Positions 29,329 through 37,590 of a DNA stretch of 64,000 bases are shown here, in pieces. The position numbers and the translations under genes were made by a program. This DNA comes from a virus. The notes under the pieces are model-generated. The model was not told the DNA's origin, made no database searches, and was given only the letters and a program-made list of their open reading frames with translations. The DNA is taken from the IMG/VR virus record IMGVR_UViG_3300045988_112906, one strand, 5' to 3'. How positions within the stretch are numbered: the first letter of the stretch is position 1; each line of letters opens with the position of its first letter.

Positions 29329-29985
29329 TTATTTTGATGTTTGACTAACGCCTAGCTGCTGCAAGGCTATCGTGTACATTTGCGTAGCCTTGGTATCATC
29401 GTAGGCTGAAAGCAATAAGAAGGCGAGATAGTAGATGAAGGCATTCTTCAAGCGGTCTGGGATAGCTACATCTGTAGAATCGGACGTGCTTACGTTCTTC
29501 GGAACACCCACATAGGAAATAACCGCTTCCGTAGGCTTGGGCTGCAAGAGGATTTTCAGAGGATTCTCACGCATGATAGCCGCTTGTGGTCGGTCGATGG
29601 TTCCCTTTGCCGTATCATCAAACATCATGACAGCCTCATCTTGGGTATCTTCTATAGGCACTACTGCCTTGAACCAGCCATTGCCCCGAATGCGAGAGAT
29701 ATTGATCACCTCGGTATTGGCATCCATCGTAATGATACCGATGCTTTTCTGAGCATCGTAGTCCTGCACTTGGAGGGTGGCGGAAGAAGTACCTATCTTC
29801 TTGGAATCAATCAATGCAGCAGAGGATGATGCGGTAACGGCAATCCAATGCAGGGCATCGTTGATTTTTGCCTTGATGATGTTGTCCATATACAAATCAT
29901 CCTTCTCATCTGTGATTGATGAGAAGTTGTTGGATTCCTCGTCTATGCACCAACGAACTGCCTTTATGATGTCTTCTACCTTCAT
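29329..29985 (-). CDS. Virion-module hypothetical protein (possibly head-tail joining)
   Basis: 218-aa ORF located between the capsid and fibre genes. Confidence 0.6.
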   Translation of the reverse strand: MKVEDIIKAVRWCIDEESNNFSSITDEKDDLYMDNIIKAKINDALHWIAVTASSSAALIDSKKIGTSSATLQVQDYDAQKSIGIITMDANTEVINISRIRGNGWFKAVVPIEDTQDEAVMMFDDTAKGTIDRPQAAIMRENPLKILLQPKPTEAVISYVGVPKNVSTSDSTDVAIPDRLKNAFIYYLAFLLLSAYDDTKATQMYTIALQQLGVSQTSK

Positions 29986-30003
29986 TTCACCTTATTATAT
30001 ATG

Positions 30004-30450
30004 TTACTCCTTCATGTAGTTCGGGAAGTCATAGTTGTGCTTCTTCGCCCATTCCATAGCACTTGATGCGGTCTTGAACATTCTTGAACCCTCACGATTG
30101 TCTTCCTCGTTGACGAAAGCAAGGAGATCTGATGCCGTGACTACAGAAGTTACCTCAATGACAGAACCCTTGGTCTTGGCTAAAGAAGCTTCCTTTTCCT
30201 TCTCCTCATTCTCCCTCAGTCTGTCTTCGATGGTCTTCTCAGAGCGAACGAGAGTAACAAGCCCCTTCTGGAACAATTCACTGTTTTCGAGCAGATTCTG
30301 AGCATACTCATTCTTCAAGATAAGCTCGGGTTTCTGCTTGGTGATTACATTACCTCGCTCGAAGTTATAGCGAACGGTTACGCCATTCTTACCCTGTAGG
30401 ATATGACTTACCGTGTTTCTATTTGCGTTATATCTATAAGTCTTAATCAT
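30004..30450 (-). CDS. Virion-module hypothetical protein
   Basis: 148-aa ORF downstream of the capsid gene. Confidence 0.6.
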   Translation of the reverse strand: MIKTYRYNANRNTVSHILQGKNGVTVRYNFERGNVITKQKPELILKNEYAQNLLENSELFQKGLVTLVRSEKTIEDRLRENEEKEKEASLAKTKGSVIEVTSVVTASDLLAFVNEEDNREGSRMFKTASSAMEWAKKHNYDFPNYMKE

Positions 30451-30473
30451 ATTGCTAAAAGTTTAGTTTGAAT

Positions 30474-30505
30474 AACAGGTGACCGGCATTAACCAGTCAC
30501 TTGTT
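30474..30505 (-). terminator. Strong hairpin just downstream of the capsid gene
   Basis: AACAAGTGAC-N12-GTCACCTGTT forms a 10-bp stem (one G-U pair) 13 nt after the TAG-TAA stops. Confidence 0.5.
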
Positions 30506-30518
30506 ATTCTGTGCATTA

Positions 30519-32240
30519 CTAGGCAGCTACCAGCTGACCCGAGAAGAGTTCCCATTTACCACCCTTGTAGATGTAAACATTCTCCTTCTCGTACTTGGTT
30601 GTACCTTCGCCACCAGCATTGGTAACCTCGTAATCGGCAGTCAAAGCGACGATCATACCCTCATGTGGAGTCTCAGGCAACCTGCTCATGGAGATAATGT
30701 TGTTGATAACGCCAGATGCGCCAAGAGCAGAAATCTTCGCCTCTGGACCGACAAGAATACTGTTGTAGCCACGGAGTGCTATGCAGTCTGCCTCCCAGTG
30801 CATGTAGCGCTTAGCCAGACGTGGGTCGTAAGCATCCTTAGACAAGTCGTTGGTGCGCTCTTTGCTCTTCTCCTTGACGTAGTGACGAGCACCCTTGAAG
30901 TCAGCACCAATCATGCAGTCTTCCAAATCCATGTAGTCGAGTGTGCTGTCCCAAACGAAGTTGAGTGTACCATAGCTGCACTTGAACTGGTTGAAGGTGA
31001 TATCGAACTCCTTGACGGTAGAGAACATAACATCACGACCCTTAGGAAGCTCAATCTTCATCAGGCGCTCGATAGCGTTCTTGCCGCAGAAGAGATACAT
31101 TTCATCAGACTCAGCAAAGTCTGTAAACATCAGTTTGGCGATAGCGATAAGGTCAGCGAATGTATAGGTGTCACCGATACCATAGGAGTTGGTCAACTGA
31201 TTGATGATACCCTCGGCAGAGTAAGCGTACTCCTGGGCGCCATCCTTGGTTTCCATCAGGAATTTGAGCTTAGTACCATAGAGGTAGCTTCGCTCCTGAC
31301 GGAGCAAGAACTTGGTGAGAGCATCTTCCTTCATGTCGGCAACAGTATGAGGAGCCTTCCTCTTGATCTTCTCGAACTCCTCGGTGAAGATGATAGAGAA
31401 TGCACGCTTCTGCAAGTAAACCTCCTCAGAACGAGGCTGGTAGTTCTCTGGCGGAACATTCATCTGGCTCTCAGAGAGGATGGTGGAAGCGCAGAGAATA
31501 CGACTATTGGCAGGGATAGCAGGGCAACCCATCGTATCGAGCGTTTCGCCAATAGTGCCCTCTGTCTCAGCTGGACCATTGAGCGCCTGCAAAGTAACCT
31601 CGTCCTTTGTCTTCTCAACAACCAGGAGATTCAAGCGACCATTAACCTTGGTCTTTGAACCACGCTCGTAACCAGGCACAGAAGGAACGATCACGGTGCT
31701 ACCCTTGTAGAGAGGAAGAAGCGAACCGGAGAAGTTTGCCTTGGTAAGCTTGATTGTGCCGCCAGCCGCAGCTGCCTCAATCGCCTTGGTAGTCATACCA
31801 TCAAGAGTATCACCACCAACACGAGCGTGCTTCTTCTCGTAGCTGTTACAAGGAACACTCTTGGTAACCTTGCGGATAATCTGCAACAAAGGAGTGCGGA
31901 AAGGGCGATACTTCTCTACCTCACTATCCCAATCCTCTTCGGCAAGACCACCCTTGCGAATCTGGGTAGCAGAAGCCTGTGTGCCGGTTAAGTCCTGACC
32001 TTCGGCTTTGCCGCCTGGCGCCAATCGGTCTGATACGTTTGGATCAACAGGCTCGGTTGCAGCATCAGCCTTAGATGAAGGCTCATGACCCTCGTCACCA
32101 ATCTGTGTAGTCGGTTCAGCCGTATCTGCCATAGCAAGAACGCCGCCGCCAGTTACCACGGCAAGAAGCATCAGAATCATCTTGAAGACGAACTGAGCAC
32201 TTGTGAAATTCTTAATACAATCTTTCTTCATTTTATACAT
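30519..32240 (-). CDS. Major capsid protein (HK97-fold type), with a hydrophobic signal-peptide-like N-terminus
   Basis: 573-aa ORF directly after the scaffold gene. Its overall sequence character and position match phage major capsid proteins. Assignment made by eye. Confidence 0.6.
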   Translation of the reverse strand: MYKMKKDCIKNFTSAQFVFKMILMLLAVVTGGGVLAMADTAEPTTQIGDEGHEPSSKADAATEPVDPNVSDRLAPGGKAEGQDLTGTQASATQIRKGGLAEEDWDSEVEKYRPFRTPLLQIIRKVTKSVPCNSYEKKHARVGGDTLDGMTTKAIEAAAAGGTIKLTKANFSGSLLPLYKGSTVIVPSVPGYERGSKTKVNGRLNLLVVEKTKDEVTLQALNGPAETEGTIGETLDTMGCPAIPANSRILCASTILSESQMNVPPENYQPRSEEVYLQKRAFSIIFTEEFEKIKRKAPHTVADMKEDALTKFLLRQERSYLYGTKLKFLMETKDGAQEYAYSAEGIINQLTNSYGIGDTYTFADLIAIAKLMFTDFAESDEMYLFCGKNAIERLMKIELPKGRDVMFSTVKEFDITFNQFKCSYGTLNFVWDSTLDYMDLEDCMIGADFKGARHYVKEKSKERTNDLSKDAYDPRLAKRYMHWEADCIALRGYNSILVGPEAKISALGASGVINNIISMSRLPETPHEGMIVALTADYEVTNAGGEGTTKYEKENVYIYKGGKWELFSGQLVAA

Positions 32241-32251
32241 ATATTTATGGA

Positions 32252-33055
32252 TTAATTATTGTAAGTGATACCTTCGAAGAAACCGCTCTTTGGAGCCTTC
32301 TTCTGCTTTACAGGCTTGTTGCCAGCGCCCGAAGTAGATAATGCAGGAGGAATACCCTCGTTTGCGGAAGAGCGGACCTTATTCTGAATCTTCTCGTTTC
32401 TAGCCTGCATAGCCGCCTCGTCTCGGGCAGAGGAAATATCAGAATCGTAGTTGTTGGCATTGTGAAGCATCTTCCAAACGTCATCTGGGATGTCACCGCT
32501 CTCCACCTTGTCGTGAATCTCGTAAATCTGCTTCCACATATCCTGAGCATCATCTGGGTAAAGCTTAACCAAGCGTTCGATAGACTTGCGCATATTTTCC
32601 GTAACCCTTTCGGTTGCTTCATTCTGCTCGGCAACTTCCTCATTGTGCTTTGCAAGAATCTCGGCGAGCTTCTTGCCGCCCTCTGGATCTTCGAGCAGAG
32701 CCTTGATGTCGATACCAAAGCGAGCCATCGCATCAAAAGGATTATCCTCTGGATTCTTCTCCATGTCCAATACCCATGCAGCGAGCCACTTATGCTTATC
32801 GAACACCTTAGACAACGCCTTTCCGCTCTCCTCGTATCGTCCGAGCGTATCAGCATCATCGTTCATAGCCGCATAACGAGCTTCCTTGTCCTCGAAATCA
32901 ATGTCGGTATGACGCTTCTTGAATCGGTCGGAGAAAGCCTTACGGTTAGGGCGCTCCTCTACCGGGGGAGTCTCTTCCGCAGCCTGTTCGGGTGAAGGAA
33001 CCTGCTGTTCAGATTCTCCACCTGCATTCATCTGTTCTAATTCTTCCTTTGTCAT
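32252..33055 (-). CDS. Scaffolding protein
   Basis: Acidic, helical 267-aa ORF immediately upstream of the capsid gene and divergent from the portal gene. Confidence 0.55.
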   Translation of the reverse strand: MTKEELEQMNAGGESEQQVPSPEQAAEETPPVEERPNRKAFSDRFKKRHTDIDFEDKEARYAAMNDDADTLGRYEESGKALSKVFDKHKWLAAWVLDMEKNPEDNPFDAMARFGIDIKALLEDPEGGKKLAEILAKHNEEVAEQNEATERVTENMRKSIERLVKLYPDDAQDMWKQIYEIHDKVESGDIPDDVWKMLHNANNYDSDISSARDEAAMQARNEKIQNKVRSSANEGIPPALSTSGAGNKPVKQKKAPKSGFFEGITYNN

Positions 33056-33081
33056 ATTTTAAACTGTTTGAAACGTTGCCG

Positions 33082-33123
33082 CAAAGATGCAAAGAAAATG
33101 CAATTATATTTCCGTGTTTCCGT
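33082..33123 (-). promoter_or_regulatory. Late promoter (leftward): ACGGAAACACGG-N22-CATCTTTG
   Basis: The element lies at 33112-33123 and the box at 33082-33089. The 22-nt spacing equals that of the other two copies. Confidence 0.6.
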
Positions 33124-33139
33124 GACAATAGGCAAACGC

Positions 33140-33181
33140 ACGGAAACACGGCAAAGAAAAAGGGATTTAAGACTATTTTTG
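33140..33181 (+). promoter_or_regulatory. Late promoter (rightward): ACGGAAACACGG-N22-TATTTTTG
   Basis: The element lies at 33140-33151 and the box at 33174-33181, 31 nt before portal ATG 33212. Confidence 0.6.
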
Positions 33182-33211
33182 CGCCTATAAATTAATAATG
33201 TGTAAACAAAT

Positions 33212-35236
33212 ATGGTTAAGGCGAAATTATTAACACTTAGCAAGGTGATGCCTCAGCGCAACAGATACGATTCCGTGAAGGCTCGAAAGAAGCGGCAGGA
33301 GCACGGAAAGGACTGGGAACTGCTGACCCGATGCAAGAATGCCTGGAATAATCTGAGCGGCGTGAGGGAGACCCGAGCAAGAACGATGAGATACTGCAAC
33401 GGAGACCAATGGAGCGACACCATCAGGGTGTATCATCATGGCTACTGGGAGGAAATGACGGAGCGCACCTATATGGAGCGGCGCAACCAGACCCCTATGA
33501 GCAACAACATCATGATCAGTATCTTGGAATCCATCGCAGGACTCTATGCCAAGCAGGGTACGGAGCCAGTATGCTTCGCTAGGGACAGCAATTCCCGGCA
33601 ACTGAGCGACATGATGAGCGCCACGATGCAGTGCAACTGGCAGAACACCTATATGCAGGACGTACTGAACCACGCTATCAAGGACTATCTGATAGGCGGT
33701 CAGATGTTCGTAAGAGAGTGCTGGGAAGACAGAGACCTTGAAATGCCCGATTCGTGGACAGATGCGATGGAAGCAGACCACATGTTCTTTGAATGCGGCA
33801 GCGACCCACGCCACAATGACGTGAGTCTGATCGGTGTGCTGCACGATGTAAGCAAGGAAGACCTTTATCAGAAATTCGCGCGACAAGAATACGGTTTGAC
33901 GGAAAACGACCTAGACACCATCTTCGATATTCAGGATATGGATGATAGCGGCTACGGCTACGAGTTCAACGAGGAGAAGGCTCTGGAGAACCTCAGCTTC
34001 GACTACAGCAACAAGGGCAAGCACTACGTGAGGGTGATTGAGGTGTGGACCACTGAAACCAAACACAGACTCCAATGCTACGACCCGATTGCTACCACAG
34101 GAACCAGCGCTTACTTCCGGGTGGATATGGAAGATACCGCCATGATAGAGAAGCTACGCAAGGACAATATCAAGCGAAAGCAGCAGTATGATGAAATGGG
34201 CGTGGCAGAAGAAGATAGAGCCTACATTACCAGCAAGGAAATCGCCGATAAGTACTGGTACTTTACCTATATGGCGCCAGACGGAACAATCCTCTGCCAG
34301 GGGGAAACTCCTTATGACTACAAGAGCCATCCATTTACGATGAAACTCTATCCGTACATCAACGGAGAGATTCATCCGTTTATGGCGAACGTAATAGATC
34401 AGCAGAGATACATCAACCGACTGATTGTAATGAACGACATGGCTATCAGAAGCAGCTTCAAGGGATTCAAGATGATTCCGACAACCGTACTGAACGGCAA
34501 GACCAAAGAACAGTTTATGGAAGATGCTATTGAATACGATGGATGGATATTCTATACACCAAAGCGCACGATGCCGCAGGTGAAGCCAGAGATTATCACA
34601 TCGAATGCGGTGAATATCGGAACCAACGAACTCTTGCAGATAGAGCTGAACCTGATACGAGAGGTTACCAACGTGAGCGGAGCTTTGCAGGGCAAGACCC
34701 CTTCGGCAGGAACATCGGCTGCAAGATATGCGCAGGAGAGCCAGAACGCCACCACTTCGCTCTATACCATTCTATCGGATATGGACGTGTTTACGGAGAA
34801 GCTGGCAACCAAGAAGTGTATGACTATCCAGCAGTACTACGAAGACGGAAGAAAGGTTTACGACCGAAACTTCACCCAAGTCTATATGTACGACCGCCTT
34901 TCTGCCCGAGACATCCATTTCAAGATCAGCATCAAGAATGCGGCAGCTACGGCAACCTACAACACGATGCAGAACGATACACTCGACAAGCTTCTTGACA
35001 AGGGCGCTATCAACGTAGTACAGTACTTGCAGAACCTGAATGCACCATTTGCCGACAAGCTTCTTGCCAGCGTGCAGGAACAGCAGGCACAGCTTGAACA
35101 GATGTACCAGCAGCAACAGGCGATGGCTCAGCAGCAGGGCGGCGGACAGGTAGAGAACGGCATCGTACAGGGTGCAGACCAGAACGCAGTGGCTCAGGCT
35201 ATGAGCATGAACAATCAGTATTATCAAACAGCATAA
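33212..35236 (+). CDS. Portal protein
   Basis: 674-aa ORF that is the first gene of the rightward head operon. It has a Q-rich C-terminus. Assigned by size and position. Confidence 0.6.
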   Translation: MVKAKLLTLSKVMPQRNRYDSVKARKKRQEHGKDWELLTRCKNAWNNLSGVRETRARTMRYCNGDQWSDTIRVYHHGYWEEMTERTYMERRNQTPMSNNIMISILESIAGLYAKQGTEPVCFARDSNSRQLSDMMSATMQCNWQNTYMQDVLNHAIKDYLIGGQMFVRECWEDRDLEMPDSWTDAMEADHMFFECGSDPRHNDVSLIGVLHDVSKEDLYQKFARQEYGLTENDLDTIFDIQDMDDSGYGYEFNEEKALENLSFDYSNKGKHYVRVIEVWTTETKHRLQCYDPIATTGTSAYFRVDMEDTAMIEKLRKDNIKRKQQYDEMGVAEEDRAYITSKEIADKYWYFTYMAPDGTILCQGETPYDYKSHPFTMKLYPYINGEIHPFMANVIDQQRYINRLIVMNDMAIRSSFKGFKMIPTTVLNGKTKEQFMEDAIEYDGWIFYTPKRTMPQVKPEIITSNAVNIGTNELLQIELNLIREVTNVSGALQGKTPSAGTSAARYAQESQNATTSLYTILSDMDVFTEKLATKKCMTIQQYYEDGRKVYDRNFTQVYMYDRLSARDIHFKISIKNAAATATYNTMQNDTLDKLLDKGAINVVQYLQNLNAPFADKLLASVQEQQAQLEQMYQQQQAMAQQQGGGQVENGIVQGADQNAVAQAMSMNNQYYQTA

Positions 35237-35239
35237 GGT

Positions 35240-35734
35240 ATGGCAGTAACAGAACAGACAATAACAATAGGGTATGCCGACATCAAGAGCAAGGTGAAGA
35301 AGCATTTCTCCATCATCGGAAAAAGACTTTCCGACAAGCAGGGAAACATTCTCTTTACTGGCGTTACCCTATCCTCGACCGAGGAAGACATCTTGAAGCA
35401 GTATGTGAAGGATGCAGCAGAGACATTCGTGGGTAACTTCGCTCCACTGATAGCCGGCTACACGGACAACACCGATGATGTAATATTCACCTACCAGCAG
35501 AACAGAGTGAGCGAGAGCAAGGCAAACGCATTCTGTAGTCTCTTCAAAAGCTATGTGGTAGATTACGTAGCCTATTCTGTGCTATCCATGACCTATGCTG
35601 ATTCTGCAAGGAAGTATGCAGACGATATGACGAATCATGTGAACTCTGCATTGAAGCTGATCTTCCAGAAGGATGCGCCGGCATCTGTAATCGGAAACCT
35701 GACTGATATGACAGGAGAAGTAATTTTGAACTAA
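35240..35734 (+). CDS. Head-module hypothetical protein
   Basis: 164-aa ORF, tightly packed. Confidence 0.65.
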   Translation: MAVTEQTITIGYADIKSKVKKHFSIIGKRLSDKQGNILFTGVTLSSTEEDILKQYVKDAAETFVGNFAPLIAGYTDNTDDVIFTYQQNRVSESKANAFCSLFKSYVVDYVAYSVLSMTYADSARKYADDMTNHVNSALKLIFQKDAPASVIGNLTDMTGEVILN

Positions 35735-35746
35735 AAAGATAAAACT

Positions 35747-36538
35747 ATGATTATAAAATTTCAAATTGTAAAGTCGGTGGTGATTGGAGCTGTGAAGAGA
35801 GCCACCTACCTGAAGGCAAAGGTGGATAGTGCGGCTGACGAGAAGGCTATCAAGTTGGGATTCAATGAGGCTGCTGGTGATGATGAGGTTCACGAAGCAA
35901 CGCTCACCCATGATTTTGATACGGCACTGGAGATTGTGAAGACACTTCTTGCCGAGTATCTGGTACCGAATGCGCAGACCATCGGTGACAACATTATCTA
36001 CTACGACTCCAAGACGGATGATGTGGTAGAGTTTATCATCAATGCCTCCAGAAGATGCAACGGAACCTTGACCGATACACTTGCCCGACTGGTGTCAAAG
36101 TATGTGGAAGATTATGTAATTTTCCAGTGGTGGTTAAAGACTACCAATCTGAAACAGGCAGAACCTTATCAGGCTTCGCTCAGCATAGATGAACAGAGCA
36201 TCCGCAGATGTTTCGTACTGAGTGGTCCAGTAGTTCCAACCGTTCCTTATACCCAGCATCTTACTGCCAAGGTGGATGGAAGCTGTGGTGATGGAGCTAT
36301 CACGATTGCCCTGGAGGAAGAGGACGTGAATATCTCCTACTCCATTGATGATGGCGCCATTGATGATATTGAGGCGAGAAGCAGCGACCCTAGCATCGTT
36401 GAGATCCAGCGCAGCCCAGACCCTTATACCTTCGCCCTGAAGCCAAGGAATACCGGTGTGGCAACCGTTATCCTCTTCTCCCGACACAGCGACAACTTGA
36501 AGACAGAGGTAGAAGTAACCGTAGCAAAGGAGGTGTAA
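35747..36538 (+). CDS. Head-module protein with a C-terminal Ig-like (Big_2-like) domain
   Basis: C-terminal sequence DPSIVEIQRSPDPYTFALKPRNTGVATVILFS. Confidence 0.55.
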   Translation: MIIKFQIVKSVVIGAVKRATYLKAKVDSAADEKAIKLGFNEAAGDDEVHEATLTHDFDTALEIVKTLLAEYLVPNAQTIGDNIIYYDSKTDDVVEFIINASRRCNGTLTDTLARLVSKYVEDYVIFQWWLKTTNLKQAEPYQASLSIDEQSIRRCFVLSGPVVPTVPYTQHLTAKVDGSCGDGAITIALEEEDVNISYSIDDGAIDDIEARSSDPSIVEIQRSPDPYTFALKPRNTGVATVILFSRHSDNLKTEVEVTVAKEV

Positions 36539-36539
36539 A

Positions 36540-37148
36540 ATGGAGTTCAACGCATTACACCCAACACATTTTATTCGTGAGAGAGGATGGAAGCCCGAGC
36601 CGAATCCTTTTCTTCCGAAGCCTCCACGCCCGGCACACAAGTATTACAGCAAGCACATCTTCATCTATGCCAACCAACTCTGGTATGACATTGATGCAGC
36701 TACGAACATGGTGGGCAGGGCAAGACGAGGCAACCAGACGAATCAGGAAGACATCATCCCAACCAGTGAGAACGATAAGGAAAGACCCCTCTTCTACCGC
36801 TGGTTTGACAAGTACCTGAAAAAGGCAGAAGGAATCCTCTCTGCCTACGTGATGAAGCCGCAGGGAGTGGTAAGAGACAATGCCCTGAAGGAGTGGGATG
36901 AGAAGGAAATCTGGCTTAACATGCCCGACTACTGGGATGATACACGGTATGACGAGCTGGTGAAGCACATCCACAGCTACATCGTGGCTGGTGCTCTCTA
37001 CGAATATTTCCTGCTTATACTTACCAGCAAGGACCCGCTTACCGTCTCAAAGCAGGAGGAAATGAACGATGAAGAACTGGAGATACTGGATGCAGCGAGT
37101 GCCAGCAAAGCAGGAATGCTGGTTCATACACTAAAGCCATTTGGATAA
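36540..37148 (+). CDS. Head-module hypothetical protein
   Basis: 202-aa ORF. Confidence 0.65.
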   Translation: MEFNALHPTHFIRERGWKPEPNPFLPKPPRPAHKYYSKHIFIYANQLWYDIDAATNMVGRARRGNQTNQEDIIPTSENDKERPLFYRWFDKYLKKAEGILSAYVMKPQGVVRDNALKEWDEKEIWLNMPDYWDDTRYDELVKHIHSYIVAGALYEYFLLILTSKDPLTVSKQEEMNDEELEILDAASASKAGMLVHTLKPFG

Positions 37149-37590
37149 AAAAGAGAAGGAGAAGCTTATGGGAGAGTTTGATGATCTTAAGTCGGTAAGA
37201 GAAATCATGCAGGAGAAGCGAGAGAAGGCGAAGAAGATTCTGCCAGTGAGCAAGAGCGCACAGAAAGAATTTATCCGTGACTTCCTAGCCCGACATCAGG
37301 ATAAGTTTGAGGATTGTATGAACCAGTTGGCGGAATACGATCCAAAAACATACGTTACCATCTATGCCCAGCTTACCAAGCACATGATACCTAAGCAGAG
37401 CGAGATGAGCGTGACCCACGGACTTGACGATGACTTTAAACAGCTCATGGCATTGGGCATGACAACCGTAGAGGACGAAGATGAAGTAAATGTACTAGAT
37501 ATAAGAAAAGCACCCGAGATACAGGATGCGGAATTTGAAGAACTAGACGACTGGGTAGATGGCACAAGTGACAGAAAAGGAAATAGATAA
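37141..37590 (+). CDS. Small acidic protein upstream of and overlapping terL (possible small terminase subunit)
   Basis: Called from position only. The likely start is ATG 37168. Confidence 0.4.
   Translation: MDKKEKEKLMGEFDDLKSVREIMQEKREKAKKILPVSKSAQKEFIRDFLARHQDKFEDCMNQLAEYDPKTYVTIYAQLTKHMIPKQSEMSVTHGLDDDFKQLMALGMTTVEDEDEVNVLDIRKAPEIQDAEFEELDDWVDGTSDRKGNR

Noticed and set aside
30501-31658. A 385-aa plus-strand ORF.
   Set aside because: It lies entirely antisense to the capsid gene and has odd composition with no start context, so it is a shadow ORF. The same reasoning rejects 20416..21090(+), 51290..52015(+), 33230..33886(-), 34772..35305(-), 39114..39632(-) and 41426..42025(-).
37141-37590. 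A confident small-terminase call.
   Set aside because: The only evidence is its position upstream of terL. No DNA-binding motif is recognisable by eye, so the call is kept at low confidence.
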